Source: Nemertoderma westbladi (Eukaryota; Animalia; Xenacoelomorpha). From it: a stretch of DNA of 64,000 bases. The position numbers and the translations under genes were made by a program. The stretch is taken from assembly GCA_032718475.1 (NCBI GenBank), contig JAUCBJ010008930.1, positions 7,883 through 71,882 of the forward strand, read 5' to 3'. This document shows positions 11,667 through 21,434 of the stretch, in pieces (the first letter of the stretch is position 1; the number at the start of each line of letters is the position of its first letter). Under the pieces are notes generated by a model. It ran no database searches, was not told the DNA's origin, and saw nothing but the letters and a program-made list of their open reading frames with translations.

Positions 11667-14600
11667 TTATTTACTAGTATTAGGTGGAGATTTGTAATCT
11701 CCAGACTCGTTACGAGTCTCTTCAAGGAGTACGAGACGTTGAGTCGGTCTGTCTACTGTACGACCGTCAATTGTTCGTACCGTCACAGTTCTTGTCACTC
11801 CATCCATAGATGGATGTGTGGCTAAAATGACACCTGTTATCCAGAAGCGTCTTTTTAGATTCACTTCTGCCAACAGCACGTGATCTCCCGGCTTTAATGC
11901 GTGGGTGTTATTATACCAGTTTGTTCTGGCAGAAATAGAGGGCAAATAATGGTTTTGCCATATTTCCCAGAATTTGTTAGCCAGTAGTTGCGTGATTTTC
12001 CACGCTTTTCTCCCGTAACTATCGCTTTCCATTGGAGTGGAAATCGGCGTTAATGTCGTCGGTGCCTGCATAAGCAGGTGTGCCGGTGTTAAAGCAAACT
12101 GGGATTGTTTGTCATCGGGTACTAATACTATTGGTCTAGTATTTAGTATTGCCTCGATTTCAACAAACAATGTTGTCAGTTGGTCGTCTGTTAATATGTG
12201 GTTTACTGGAATGACCTTTGCCATGGCCGTTTTGATAGATCTAATCAATCTCTCCCAGACTCCGCCTCTCCAAGGACTATCTGGAGGATTAAACTTCCAA
12301 ACAATCTTGTGAGGTTGCAGTTCGTTCGAGATTTGATCATGATCTAATTTCTTAAAGGCTCTAGCAATCTCATTCCGAGCACCAACGAAGTTTGTCCCTT
12401 GGTCTGAGTACAAGCATTTTACTAGTCCGCGTCTAGCGATAAATCGCCGCAGTGCTAGTATAAACGCGTTGGTGGAAAGATCCATCACACGTTCAATATG
12501 AACTGCCCTACTGGACATACATGTGAAAATCAGTCCCCAGCGTTTTACTAGTATACGTCCACGTTTCGTATGTATGGGACCAAAGCAATCAATTCCAGTC
12601 TCTGTAAAAGGTGGTCTGAATGCTTGAAGTCGTGCTTGTGGTAGTTCACTCATTTCTTGGGTACCTATTCTAGAATGTACCTTTTTACAAATAATACACG
12701 TACGTGTCACTGAACTTAATGCTTTACTGGGTCTAATCAATACAAATCTAGTACGTAAGTAGGAAAGACAGTGGTGTCTTCCAGCGTGTTTCAGATGTAG
12801 ATGTGCATCCAGTATCATTGCACGTTGTAGTTCGTGATGTTGCGGTATTATTATTGGGTACCTAAAGTTTGTGTTAAAGTCAATGTTTTGAAGCCGAGAT
12901 TTATGACAAATTAAGCCATTATAAATTATCGGACTCCAACTCAGTATTGGTGACGACTTGATTGGTTGACCTTGATGTATAGATGTGAATTCGCGCGCGA
13001 AATATCTCAGTTGGTAATGGCGAATTAATTTAATCTCACACCTGTCAATCTCAGCCAATGTAAGTCGACGTGTAAAGTCACGTTTGCCTTTAACGTATTG
13101 TACAAAACGTACAATCCACGCTAATTTTCGGCAAGCGTTTGACCAAGAGTCTGTTAAGTTTACGATACGGTCGACGTAAGTATTTGTGACGTCATCAGGT
13201 AAGTCAATGGAGAACTTGGAAGGTTTTGAATTACTAGAAGGGCCCACGGGTCCGCCGGTAAGTATTCCCTTGTTGACTGTTGATCCGTCCGGGTCTACAA
13301 GTAATTTGTCCTTCTTTGTCCTCTTACCTTGATTGTTGGTACTTTGTAAGTCGATCGTTAATGGTGGTTTGAACTCTATGGGGTCAGCAGGTTTCGGTAA
13401 ACTTATTTTTCTGCCGACATTAATCCCAGGTCTCACCGTAGGTTGTAAGTTCGGTATGTCTCTTGAGCGCAAAGTAACACCTGTATTTACATTAGCGTAG
13501 GTACTACCCACATCTGTAATACATGAGGTTTCACCGTGCTTATGGTTGCTCAAGTGTGTCAAAATCGGTAGTTTGTCAATACAAGGCCGCTCCAATAGGG
13601 AAACTGCGGCTTTATCGTTAGTCAATACATTACTAGTGTCTAGTCGACTGTCTAGTAATGTGTCTGGCGATACGTCTGGTAACGTATCTAGTTGTTTGTC
13701 AATAGAAGGCCGCTCCAATAGAGAAACTGTGGCTTTACTGTTTGTCAGTGTGTTACTAGCGTCTGGTGGAACATTTTGTGATATGTCTGGCAAAATGTCT
13801 GGTTGACTGTCTAGTAACGTGTCTGGTTGACTGTCTGGTAACGTGTCTGGTTGACCGTCTGGCGATATGTCTGGTGTAGAAAGGCTCGCAAGTCTTCCTC
13901 TCTTGACCTTTGAAGTTATATCCTTCCATTTCGCCTTCGGTTTTTTCTTGAGTTTTGTCGCCGTTGTCTTTTTCTTTGTCTTCCCCTTTTTTGGTTTCTT
14001 GATTTCGGCGTCCTTGGGAATGGTGTTGGACTTGTTGTCGTATAACGGAGGCCAATCTTGTGTCGATTTCTGCAAGAACTGGGGTCCGTGTTGCCAAAAC
14101 TCTTTGTTCTCCGGTTTACAGAATTCCTCAGGCATCATTCCTCGCGACGCAATATCAGCTGGGTTTTGTGGTCCGGGACAATGTCGCCAATCCTCTTTTA
14201 TCGAATGGTCTAGAATCTCTGCGCGACGGTTAGCTACGAATGTCTTGAATTCGAGTGTGTCGTTGTTTATGTAAAATAAAACCAACGTCGCGTCAGTCCA
14301 ATAAAATATCTGTAAACTCGACTGTAGTTCTGTCTGTATGAGGTTCACGATGGTGGTTGACAGGGTCGCGGCTTGTAGCTCGGCTCGTGGTGTCGTCATA
14401 TACTTAGTAGGCATGGTCTTAGCCTTAGAAGTAATGAGCGAAACATCGAACTCGTCCGATTCTACTTGTCTGCGCAAATACGCTGCCACACCAAAACCGT
14501 TGTCACTGGCGTCAGAAAAACAGTGTAGTTCCAAGTTGTCAGGAAATGTACTCTGTAATGGAAAGTAAACCCTGGGTATGAAATAATCCTCTAGTGAAGA

Positions 14601-17600
14601 TAATTCCGCCTCCCAGGTCTTCCATAAGTCCACTTGGTCTGATGAGATCGGCTCGTCCCACGTTAGTCCATCCTTCCATATACTGTGCATATAAATGCGA
14701 GCTTGCAGTATCACTGGACTGATGAATCCTAACGGGTCGAACAATCGGCTCAACTTTGACAAGCATGATCTCTTGGTCAGTGTGTTTCCTTGACTGTCCA
14801 GTCTCACCTTCACTCGAAAGTTGTCTGTGTTTGGGTCCCAAAAGAGCCCCAACACCTTAGTCGTCGGTAGTGGTTCGAACTCTAGGTCTATGTCACCACC
14901 TCCACGCTCAGTAGTTCCGAATGAGTCAACTAATTCGGCACTGTTTGAGGCGAATTTGGTGAGGTTAAAACCTCCGCCCGCCAAGCAGTCCCGTAATTGA
15001 TGTGCTACTGTTGTAGCACGTTCTACTGTGTCGCAACTCTGTAATCCGTCATCAACGTAAAAGTCACGTTCTACAATTCTAATTATCTCTGGGTCATACA
15101 GATGTTTCTGATCTCTAGCGGCTTGCTTCAAGGCGTACATCGTACAATTCGGGCTGTCTCTGGCACCGAAAACGCGAACTTGCATTTGGTAAGTCGCTGG
15201 TGGTAGACTTAAGTCCCCTTCCGGATACCAGAGAAACCGCAAACTGTCTCTGTCTCGCTCTAACGCTTTTACTTGGTGAAACATCGCTTCAACGTCGCAA
15301 GTAAAGGCTACTTGACGCTGACGGAAGCGCATAATCACCCCCATAAGATAATTATTCATGTTCGGTCCATCCATCAACTCACTATTGAGGGACATTCCCT
15401 CAAACAGAGCCGCACAGTCATTGACTACGCGTACTTTATCTGGTTTGTCGGGATGTCTCACATAGTGATGTGGCAAGTAGTACGTCTGGTCTGTCACTCG
15501 CTCCGGGTTAGTCATTCGGATAGCGTATCCCTTTGTCAAATACGTCTCCATCTGAGTGTTATACTGCAGATGGGCTTTCTCGTCCTTTAATAGACGTTGT
15601 CGGATTGAGTGTAGACGTCTTAAAGCCAGTGGGTAGTTGTTTATAAGTTTAGGACTTTGGCTACGCCATAACATACCCACCTCGTAATGTCCGTCCTCCG
15701 TCTGTCGGATAGTATCCTCCATGATCTTTAGAGATTGTTTCTCCTGTTCCGACATACAAGGGTCGTAGCTACCAGGTTCAGCTGTATCTTGTTCTAACCA
15801 CCTGATAGTCTTCTCCGTTAATTCTTTGTCCAAGGCGGCTTGTTCCAACTGATGAATTTTCAACGCGTCATCGTCGATATCGACGGGCACTGTTGAGGTT
15901 ATTGGGGTAGGTAGACTCGCAAGCCTATCATCTGTCGTCGATGGAATCTCTAGCTGATTCGTCTTCCCCCCAATTTCTAAACTCACCTTGTGGGTTAGCT
16001 GCTCCTTGTGACTTATCATACTAGTTACACGTCTGTCATGTTTTGTCGACTGTAGTGTAGTATGGTTCACGTCGTGTGAAAAGGAATGAATTGAGTTTGT
16101 AGTCAATAAACTACATGTACTCTGTACGTCGTCTTCCTCGTCACTTACGTCTAGTGTGCGCACAGGCGCTCGAGTATACCACCCTATCGGCGTTCTGCAG
16201 GCGTATGCGTTTCCTGCTACAACTGCCGATGGTCTGGTTTCCCACACCTGGTGTAGGTTGAATTGGTCCGTCCCGATCAGCATTGCTACCGATCTATAAT
16301 TGACAGGACATTCGGGCACACCAAGGTGTCTGAAATACTTACGGTCCTCCAAAGATTGTTCCGGCACTGGACCTAGTAGGTTACTAAAGTCCTTCGTGGC
16401 CGCAAAGGTTAGATCTCTAAAGGGCAACAAAGACCTCTCCCTCTCGCTGTGCTGCGATTTTGGAAGAAGAGAGTCTAAGTCCAACTTAACTCGTGTCACT
16501 GGTATTGCACGCTGTCCGTGCATACTACTTACTGTATAACTGACGTGCTTACCTTGTCTAAGATCTGTTACGACGTCAGCTATCTTTTCATCTACGTAAC
16601 TGTGAGATGAGGCTGAGTCTAGAATCGCGTAAATCCTCTTACTCCCTTTTGTGCCAGTAACTTTAATCGGGATTACACTGAATCCCTTCAGTTGGTCAGT
16701 GGTCAGGAGCGCGATTGACGGTTGTTCGTCTCCATTTGAATATTCGTCGTCTTCTGATTCTTCGTCCGACGATCCGGATTGTTCTGAAAAGCAATCCTCT
16801 ATATGGGTCACGAAAGTCGGAGTCGTTTTCGATTCCCGTTTTCGGTAAGCCGCATCACATCTCGCTGCTGCTTCCGGGTGTTCCCTGGCGAAGCGTTTCG
16901 TCGGCGTGTGGCTGTCTGTGTGGAGCAGACCGTCGTGGTTGCGTCCACAGGATGGACAAGTGTCGGTATTTGGGCAATCCTTACGGACGTGTCCGTGTCG
17001 CGTACACCGCCAACAAGAGTCCAGTGGCCGTATCTGCAGCCGTCGTTCTTCTGAGTTCAACTCGCGAAATTGTCGACAACCCCGTAACTTGTGACCAATA
17101 TACCGCTTACCTAAATGTTCGCAGTATTGGCAGCCGTTGAAGTCGGCGCTGAGTTGCTGTCTCGTCTGTTTCGTCCCAATGGGCGCAGATACTCTATTAC
17201 CGTCTGAGAATTGTCGTGATTCCGTCGGTGTGGCGTAAGTGGCCGTCTTTGTGGATGTTGTCTGGGGTTTTTGTCGGTTTGAAGAGGGCAATGTGATTCC
17301 TTCTGCCACGATGTGCTGGTCGGTATAGTTAGATCGAGTTTCTACTACCGCCTCCCTGGATATTAAAAGGTACACATCTTCTAATTTTAAGAATCCTCCC
17401 CGCTCCTCTCGCTGGTATTCGACCTTCCTCCACTCCCGACGAAGTCGATGGTGGAGTCGTCCTATGATTTTTAATAGGACTGTAGGGGTATTTCCGTAAT
17501 CAAGTTGTCCAATTGATCTTAAGGTAGTGATAGCGTTCTTGATTTCGTCAGCTAGTTTTAGTAAGTCGATGGGTTTAGTGATAGCCCCTCCCTTACAGAG

Positions 17601-20591
17601 TTCTTCTATTACTGACCTGGCCATACTCACTGTACCTCCGTATATCGAAGTCAAACGATCGTACGCTAGTTCGAAAGCGTCTGGTACACCGACGAAAGTC
17701 TCCGCCAAACGTTTAGGTTCTCCTGACAACGTTTGGAGCAGGTAATTGAACTTCTCCCGTGATGTAAAGGCGCACACGGCGATCTGGGATTCGATATAGT
17801 CTACGAAGGTATGCCAGTGTTTTGAGCTACCGGAGAACTTCGGTGGTTGTTGTACCGGCAATCCCTGTCTGGCTGCGAATTTCGCTATCTCCTCGGCAAC
17901 GTTCAGAGTTTCGCGTCCTTGGTTGGTAGTCTGGTTGATGTTCTCCCTTCTTGGCGCTTTTCCCTGATACGATGTGGGGTTTGAAGGTACTGGTCTTTGT
18001 GGTCCCTTCGGGTGTCTATTGTGTTCGAATTCGGAATTTCTCGAACTGTCGGTGTAACCTTCCTCCAGACGTTCCTCAATCCGGGCCAACTTGTTGACAA
18101 TGTCGGCGAACTGTTGCGCACCGATCGCGCCCGCTGGTGGTAACGCCTTCTGTGTCGGTGTATTCTGTGGAGGATTGTCTGCAAAGGAGTTGTCTGAACG
18201 CTCGCGTTTATATTCATCGGCCGCCCCCGTTCTAAATACCTCGCGTATCGGGTAATCCGATTCGCTCGAAGTACTACTATCATCTGGATATGGTGGTCGA
18301 CGTGCTCGCGTCCGTTGCGTCGTTCGAATTCTAACGGCTCGTTTCGGAACATCGTCCACTGATCTCCGTTGTTCGGTAGGCTCACAAGTCTTCCTCGAAG
18401 TCGTAGATTGCGATGTAAACTGGTTGAACGGTCGCGTCTCCACTGTTCTCCGTTGTTCGGTAGGCTCACAAGTCTTCCTCGAAGTCGTAGATTGCGATGT
18501 AAACTGGTTGAACGGTCGCGTCTCCACTGTTCTCCGTTGTTCGGTAGGCTCACAAGTCTTCCTCGAAGTCGTAGATTGCGATGTAAACTGGTTGAACGGT
18601 CGCGTCTCCACTGTTCTCCGTTGTTCGGTAGGCTCACAAGTCTTCCTCGAAGTCGTAGATTGCGATGTAAACTGGTTGAACGGTCGCGTCTCCACTGTTC
18701 TCCGTTGTTCGGTAGGCTCACAAGTCTTCCTCGAAGTCGTAGATTGCGATGTAAACTGAACCGGTGGGCGAATGACAGCATTTGAAACAACTGGCCTTGT
18801 AGGTCGAAACGTCATTGGGTAAGCGTAATGTGTAACGGGTTTAGGCGTCAAAGGTGGACTCACCTGTTTTGTCGTCAGTAGCGCAGGTCCGGTCAATAAA
18901 CTACTACGATCTGTAATCGGTGGGTTACTTACCTTGACTCTCGGAATAGGCGACGACGTTGCTCTTGGCGGTATAAACTCGTTCGGAATAACAAACCTGT
19001 GTTCCGTCGCACCATGGATAGGAGAAATATCACTACTACCCGCAATCGAAACAGGTTCCTTAGTCGTAACCGGTGCAAACATATGAGTTACCTGTGGGAA
19101 TCGTTGACACACGTCTTTTACTAATTGTCGTTCCCGTCCGGGTGCTCCTACGCTTCCTTCCTTCTTCCGTTCCTGAATTTGGCGATGTCTTACCTCTAAC
19201 TGGTCCAAATCATGTCCGTCGCGAGATCTCATCGATCGATCGCGGGCTAGAAGATCCAGATTTTCCTTAGTTTCGGCTAATTCTCTCGCCCTCTTCTCAA
19301 GTTCGAAACGAAGTTTAACTTCCTTTTCTCGTTGTTCCGTTTGTTGTTGTTGCGCCTCGAACTCTGCTTGTCGTATCGCTTGTTGGGCTTTTATTTGCCG
19401 TGTCTTCATCTCGACTCTGGCTTCCAAAACTACTCTTTGTCGCTCTAACTCTGCCGCAGCCGTTTGTCGCTCTAACTCTGCCGCAGCCGTTTGTCGCTCT
19501 AACTCAGCCGCTGCAGCTGCCGCTGCCGTTTGTCGCTCTAACTCGGCTGTTGCCGTTCGTTGCGCTAACTCGGCCGTTGCCGCTTGTTGGGCAATGTCCA
19601 ACTCTAACCTTTCCATTTCGGCCGCTTCGAGTTCGGCTTGTTCCTGCAGATGAGAGATTCTCGCTACATTCGCAACACGTATTTTCTCTTCCTCTACTGC
19701 TGTTTGTATCATTAGAAGTTGAGCTTGTTCTTCTATCTCGTGTTGCTGTCTGTAGAACTGCTGCTGTTGTCGAGCAACTTCTGACGTGACTATACTTCCT
19801 TCGCAGATTTCGCTACGAATACTTACCAATGATTGATTTAGTATTCCCGGTGCCGATTCGATTTGTGCGAATGAAGTTTCCCTCGTGTATTCCGGCACGG
19901 TTTCCAAATCGCCGACGTCTTCGCCGCACATGCGTAAGTGGTCCGTCAGATGTTTCAATTGTCCATCCAGTCGGTACAATTCCTGTTCTTCCTCGGGTTG
20001 TAATAATTCGTCCGAAACTGACTCACCTAACAACTGGTCCGCTTGTTCCTGTTGTATCTGTCTAATCGTCGACTTAAACTGAATCAGTTTCTCTCTAGTG
20101 ATCATTAGTTTCTCGAGGATTCTAAGTTGAGTATCCATGTCCTGTCTCTGTCTAGCTAGATCTTGTAGGCCAACTAGATTATCTACGGACTTATATACTT
20201 TACTCTGTACTCTAACCTGGAGGGTGTAGAACTCGAATCGAGACATCGGAGCGGTCAACCCGTCTAATATGCGTTGGCCTTCTCCAATACTCCTGGTTAT
20301 ATGCGCCATGTATCCACCGACGCTTCTAACCACACTTTCTGTGCTTCCTGCTGAACTTACCAATTCCGTTTCCCTATATCTAGGTTGCGGAACAGTTAGA
20401 AAGTCCTCGGTCCTGCCGTCGCCTCGTACTACGGCATCCGGTACTCCCGTTGGATGTACTGGTGACGCACACGGTGTAGGTTCGGTAGGCTCGCGAGTCT
20501 TCCCCTGTGGTTCTTCCGCTGCTGACTTATCCGCGTCACATGAGTCATAGTCGGTTTGTGTATTCTTCGTATAGTCTTGTTTGTCACTCAT
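11667..20591 (-). CDS. BEL/Pao gag-pol polyprotein, 2974 aa, intact
   Basis: Gag core PPKFSG..W..F...EKFNYL; triple knuckle ending CGRNHDGLLH; protease ILDSAS; RT YYLPHH, DVEAMFHQV, FYVDD; RNase H LHCFSDAS, WTDA, NPADIASRG; integrase H..H/C..C, GIDCFGP, SDQGTNF, GGVWERL. Confidence 0.97.
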   Translation of the reverse strand: MSDKQDYTKNTQTDYDSCDADKSAAEEPQGKTREPTEPTPCASPVHPTGVPDAVVRGDGRTEDFLTVPQPRYRETELVSSAGSTESVVRSVGGYMAHITRSIGEGQRILDGLTAPMSRFEFYTLQVRVQSKVYKSVDNLVGLQDLARQRQDMDTQLRILEKLMITREKLIQFKSTIRQIQQEQADQLLGESVSDELLQPEEEQELYRLDGQLKHLTDHLRMCGEDVGDLETVPEYTRETSFAQIESAPGILNQSLVSIRSEICEGSIVTSEVARQQQQFYRQQHEIEEQAQLLMIQTAVEEEKIRVANVARISHLQEQAELEAAEMERLELDIAQQAATAELAQRTATAELERQTAAAAAAAELERQTAAAELERQTAAAELERQRVVLEARVEMKTRQIKAQQAIRQAEFEAQQQQTEQREKEVKLRFELEKRARELAETKENLDLLARDRSMRSRDGHDLDQLEVRHRQIQERKKEGSVGAPGRERQLVKDVCQRFPQVTHMFAPVTTKEPVSIAGSSDISPIHGATEHRFVIPNEFIPPRATSSPIPRVKVSNPPITDRSSLLTGPALLTTKQVSPPLTPKPVTHYAYPMTFRPTRPVVSNAVIRPPVQFTSQSTTSRKTCEPTEQRRTVETRPFNQFTSQSTTSRKTCEPTEQRRTVETRPFNQFTSQSTTSRKTCEPTEQRRTVETRPFNQFTSQSTTSRKTCEPTEQRRTVETRPFNQFTSQSTTSRKTCEPTEQRRSVDDVPKRAVRIRTTQRTRARRPPYPDDSSTSSESDYPIREVFRTGAADEYKRERSDNSFADNPPQNTPTQKALPPAGAIGAQQFADIVNKLARIEERLEEGYTDSSRNSEFEHNRHPKGPQRPVPSNPTSYQGKAPRRENINQTTNQGRETLNVAEEIAKFAARQGLPVQQPPKFSGSSKHWHTFVDYIESQIAVCAFTSREKFNYLLQTLSGEPKRLAETFVGVPDAFELAYDRLTSIYGGTVSMARSVIEELCKGGAITKPIDLLKLADEIKNAITTLRSIGQLDYGNTPTVLLKIIGRLHHRLRREWRKVEYQREERGGFLKLEDVYLLISREAVVETRSNYTDQHIVAEGITLPSSNRQKPQTTSTKTATYATPTESRQFSDGNRVSAPIGTKQTRQQLSADFNGCQYCEHLGKRYIGHKLRGCRQFRELNSEERRLQIRPLDSCWRCTRHGHVRKDCPNTDTCPSCGRNHDGLLHTDSHTPTKRFAREHPEAAARCDAAYRKRESKTTPTFVTHIEDCFSEQSGSSDEESEDDEYSNGDEQPSIALLTTDQLKGFSVIPIKVTGTKGSKRIYAILDSASSHSYVDEKIADVVTDLRQGKHVSYTVSSMHGQRAIPVTRVKLDLDSLLPKSQHSERERSLLPFRDLTFAATKDFSNLLGPVPEQSLEDRKYFRHLGVPECPVNYRSVAMLIGTDQFNLHQVWETRPSAVVAGNAYACRTPIGWYTRAPVRTLDVSDEEDDVQSTCSLLTTNSIHSFSHDVNHTTLQSTKHDRRVTSMISHKEQLTHKVSLEIGGKTNQLEIPSTTDDRLASLPTPITSTVPVDIDDDALKIHQLEQAALDKELTEKTIRWLEQDTAEPGSYDPCMSEQEKQSLKIMEDTIRQTEDGHYEVGMLWRSQSPKLINNYPLALRRLHSIRQRLLKDEKAHLQYNTQMETYLTKGYAIRMTNPERVTDQTYYLPHHYVRHPDKPDKVRVVNDCAALFEGMSLNSELMDGPNMNNYLMGVIMRFRQRQVAFTCDVEAMFHQVKALERDRDSLRFLWYPEGDLSLPPATYQMQVRVFGARDSPNCTMYALKQAARDQKHLYDPEIIRIVERDFYVDDGLQSCDTVERATTVAHQLRDCLAGGGFNLTKFASNSAELVDSFGTTERGGGDIDLEFEPLPTTKVLGLFWDPNTDNFRVKVRLDSQGNTLTKRSCLSKLSRLFDPLGFISPVILQARIYMHSIWKDGLTWDEPISSDQVDLWKTWEAELSSLEDYFIPRVYFPLQSTFPDNLELHCFSDASDNGFGVAAYLRRQVESDEFDVSLITSKAKTMPTKYMTTPRAELQAATLSTTIVNLIQTELQSSLQIFYWTDATLVLFYINNDTLEFKTFVANRRAEILDHSIKEDWRHCPGPQNPADIASRGMMPEEFCKPENKEFWQHGPQFLQKSTQDWPPLYDNKSNTIPKDAEIKKPKKGKTKKKTTATKLKKKPKAKWKDITSKVKRGRLASLSTPDISPDGQPDTLPDSQPDTLLDSQPDILPDISQNVPPDASNTLTNSKATVSLLERPSIDKQLDTLPDVSPDTLLDSRLDTSNVLTNDKAAVSLLERPCIDKLPILTHLSNHKHGETSCITDVGSTYANVNTGVTLRSRDIPNLQPTVRPGINVGRKISLPKPADPIEFKPPLTIDLQSTNNQGKRTKKDKLLVDPDGSTVNKGILTGGPVGPSSNSKPSKFSIDLPDDVTNTYVDRIVNLTDSWSNACRKLAWIVRFVQYVKGKRDFTRRLTLAEIDRCEIKLIRHYQLRYFAREFTSIHQGQPIKSSPILSWSPIIYNGLICHKSRLQNIDFNTNFRYPIIIPQHHELQRAMILDAHLHLKHAGRHHCLSYLRTRFVLIRPSKALSSVTRTCIICKKVHSRIGTQEMSELPQARLQAFRPPFTETGIDCFGPIHTKRGRILVKRWGLIFTCMSSRAVHIERVMDLSTNAFILALRRFIARRGLVKCLYSDQGTNFVGARNEIARAFKKLDHDQISNELQPHKIVWKFNPPDSPWRGGVWERLIRSIKTAMAKVIPVNHILTDDQLTTLFVEIEAILNTRPIVLVPDDKQSQFALTPAHLLMQAPTTLTPISTPMESDSYGRKAWKITQLLANKFWEIWQNHYLPSISARTNWYNNTHALKPGDHVLLAEVNLKRRFWITGVILATHPSMDGVTRTVTVRTIDGRTVDRPTQRLVLLEETRNESGDYKSPPNTSK
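18364..18757 (-). repeat. In-frame tandem repeat, about 4.7 x 84 bp (QFTSQSTTSRKTCEPTEQRRTVETRPFN), in the gag N-terminal extension
   Basis: Identical 84-bp units; aggctcacaagtcttcc at 18378, 18462, 18546, 18630 and 18714. Confidence 0.97.
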
Positions 20592-21422
20592 TTCGGTAGT
20601 TGTAAGTCAAGTGAAGTGAGTGTAAAAGTATCGAGTTTACCGTATTTGTATAAAACGGTACTAATTACAGTCATATAAAATTAGCCTACCGGCCGATTTT
20701 ATAGCAGATGGATAAAATTAGCCTAAACGGCCAATTTTACAGCAAATAAATGTCACGGAATAAGTATATAATAAAATTAGCCTAGCGGCCAATTTTACAA
20801 CAAATAAATCGGATAACGATATGCGTTATCAAAAGGTAAATTAAATACAATAATACGGACTAATTCAGCAATGAACAAAGAAATCATACGGAATGCATAA
20901 ATACTTGAGACAGTGGAACCCACAATAATTTTAACTAATACGGTAATGCCTAACTTATTTATGCAACTTTTCGAACTCACCCACTCCAATAATTCTCCAG
21001 AAAAACAGATTCCCAGATACAAACCGGACGTGAACCTTTCCGTTTTTAACGTTGCGGACGAAACGCGATTTTCCCAACCAAAGTTGTTGGGTTATCTATC
21101 TCCCAAACTTGCTAAACACGGTCTTGCTCCCGTTACAGTCTAGAAATGAGTTCTGAATCCTGAAAAACAAAAGAGTTAGGTTTTACTTTACGAAATTTTG
21201 TACCGGTACAATATGGTATTTAAACCCTTTTTAAACACCGGTATTCAATTCCAAAATATTTTACACGCGGTTCAAATCAAATTTTATTTCAAAAAATTAG
21301 CACTTAGCTAATCAAATATAAATTTTTACCTCAAAATACAAAATTTTCAAATAACTTTAGTCCTACCGAACCGTAGTTCAGTAAAACATATTCCTACTAA
21401 ATTAGGAAATATGTTAAAATAA

Positions 21423-21434
21423 TCATATTCCTAC
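21423..21434 (-). promoter_or_regulatory. Putative self-priming primer-binding site of BEL element 1
   Basis: Minus strand GTAGGAATATGA starts exactly at the 5' LTR boundary; its exact complement TCATATTCCTAC is in the LTR (22496-22485, minus strand); no TGG-type PBS present. Confidence 0.7.

Noticed and set aside
17903-18790. 295-aa and other alternate-frame or antisense ORFs over gag, the second BEL and the CRE element
   Set aside because: Shadow ORFs caused by tandem repeats and GC-rich coding sequence; no independent motifs.
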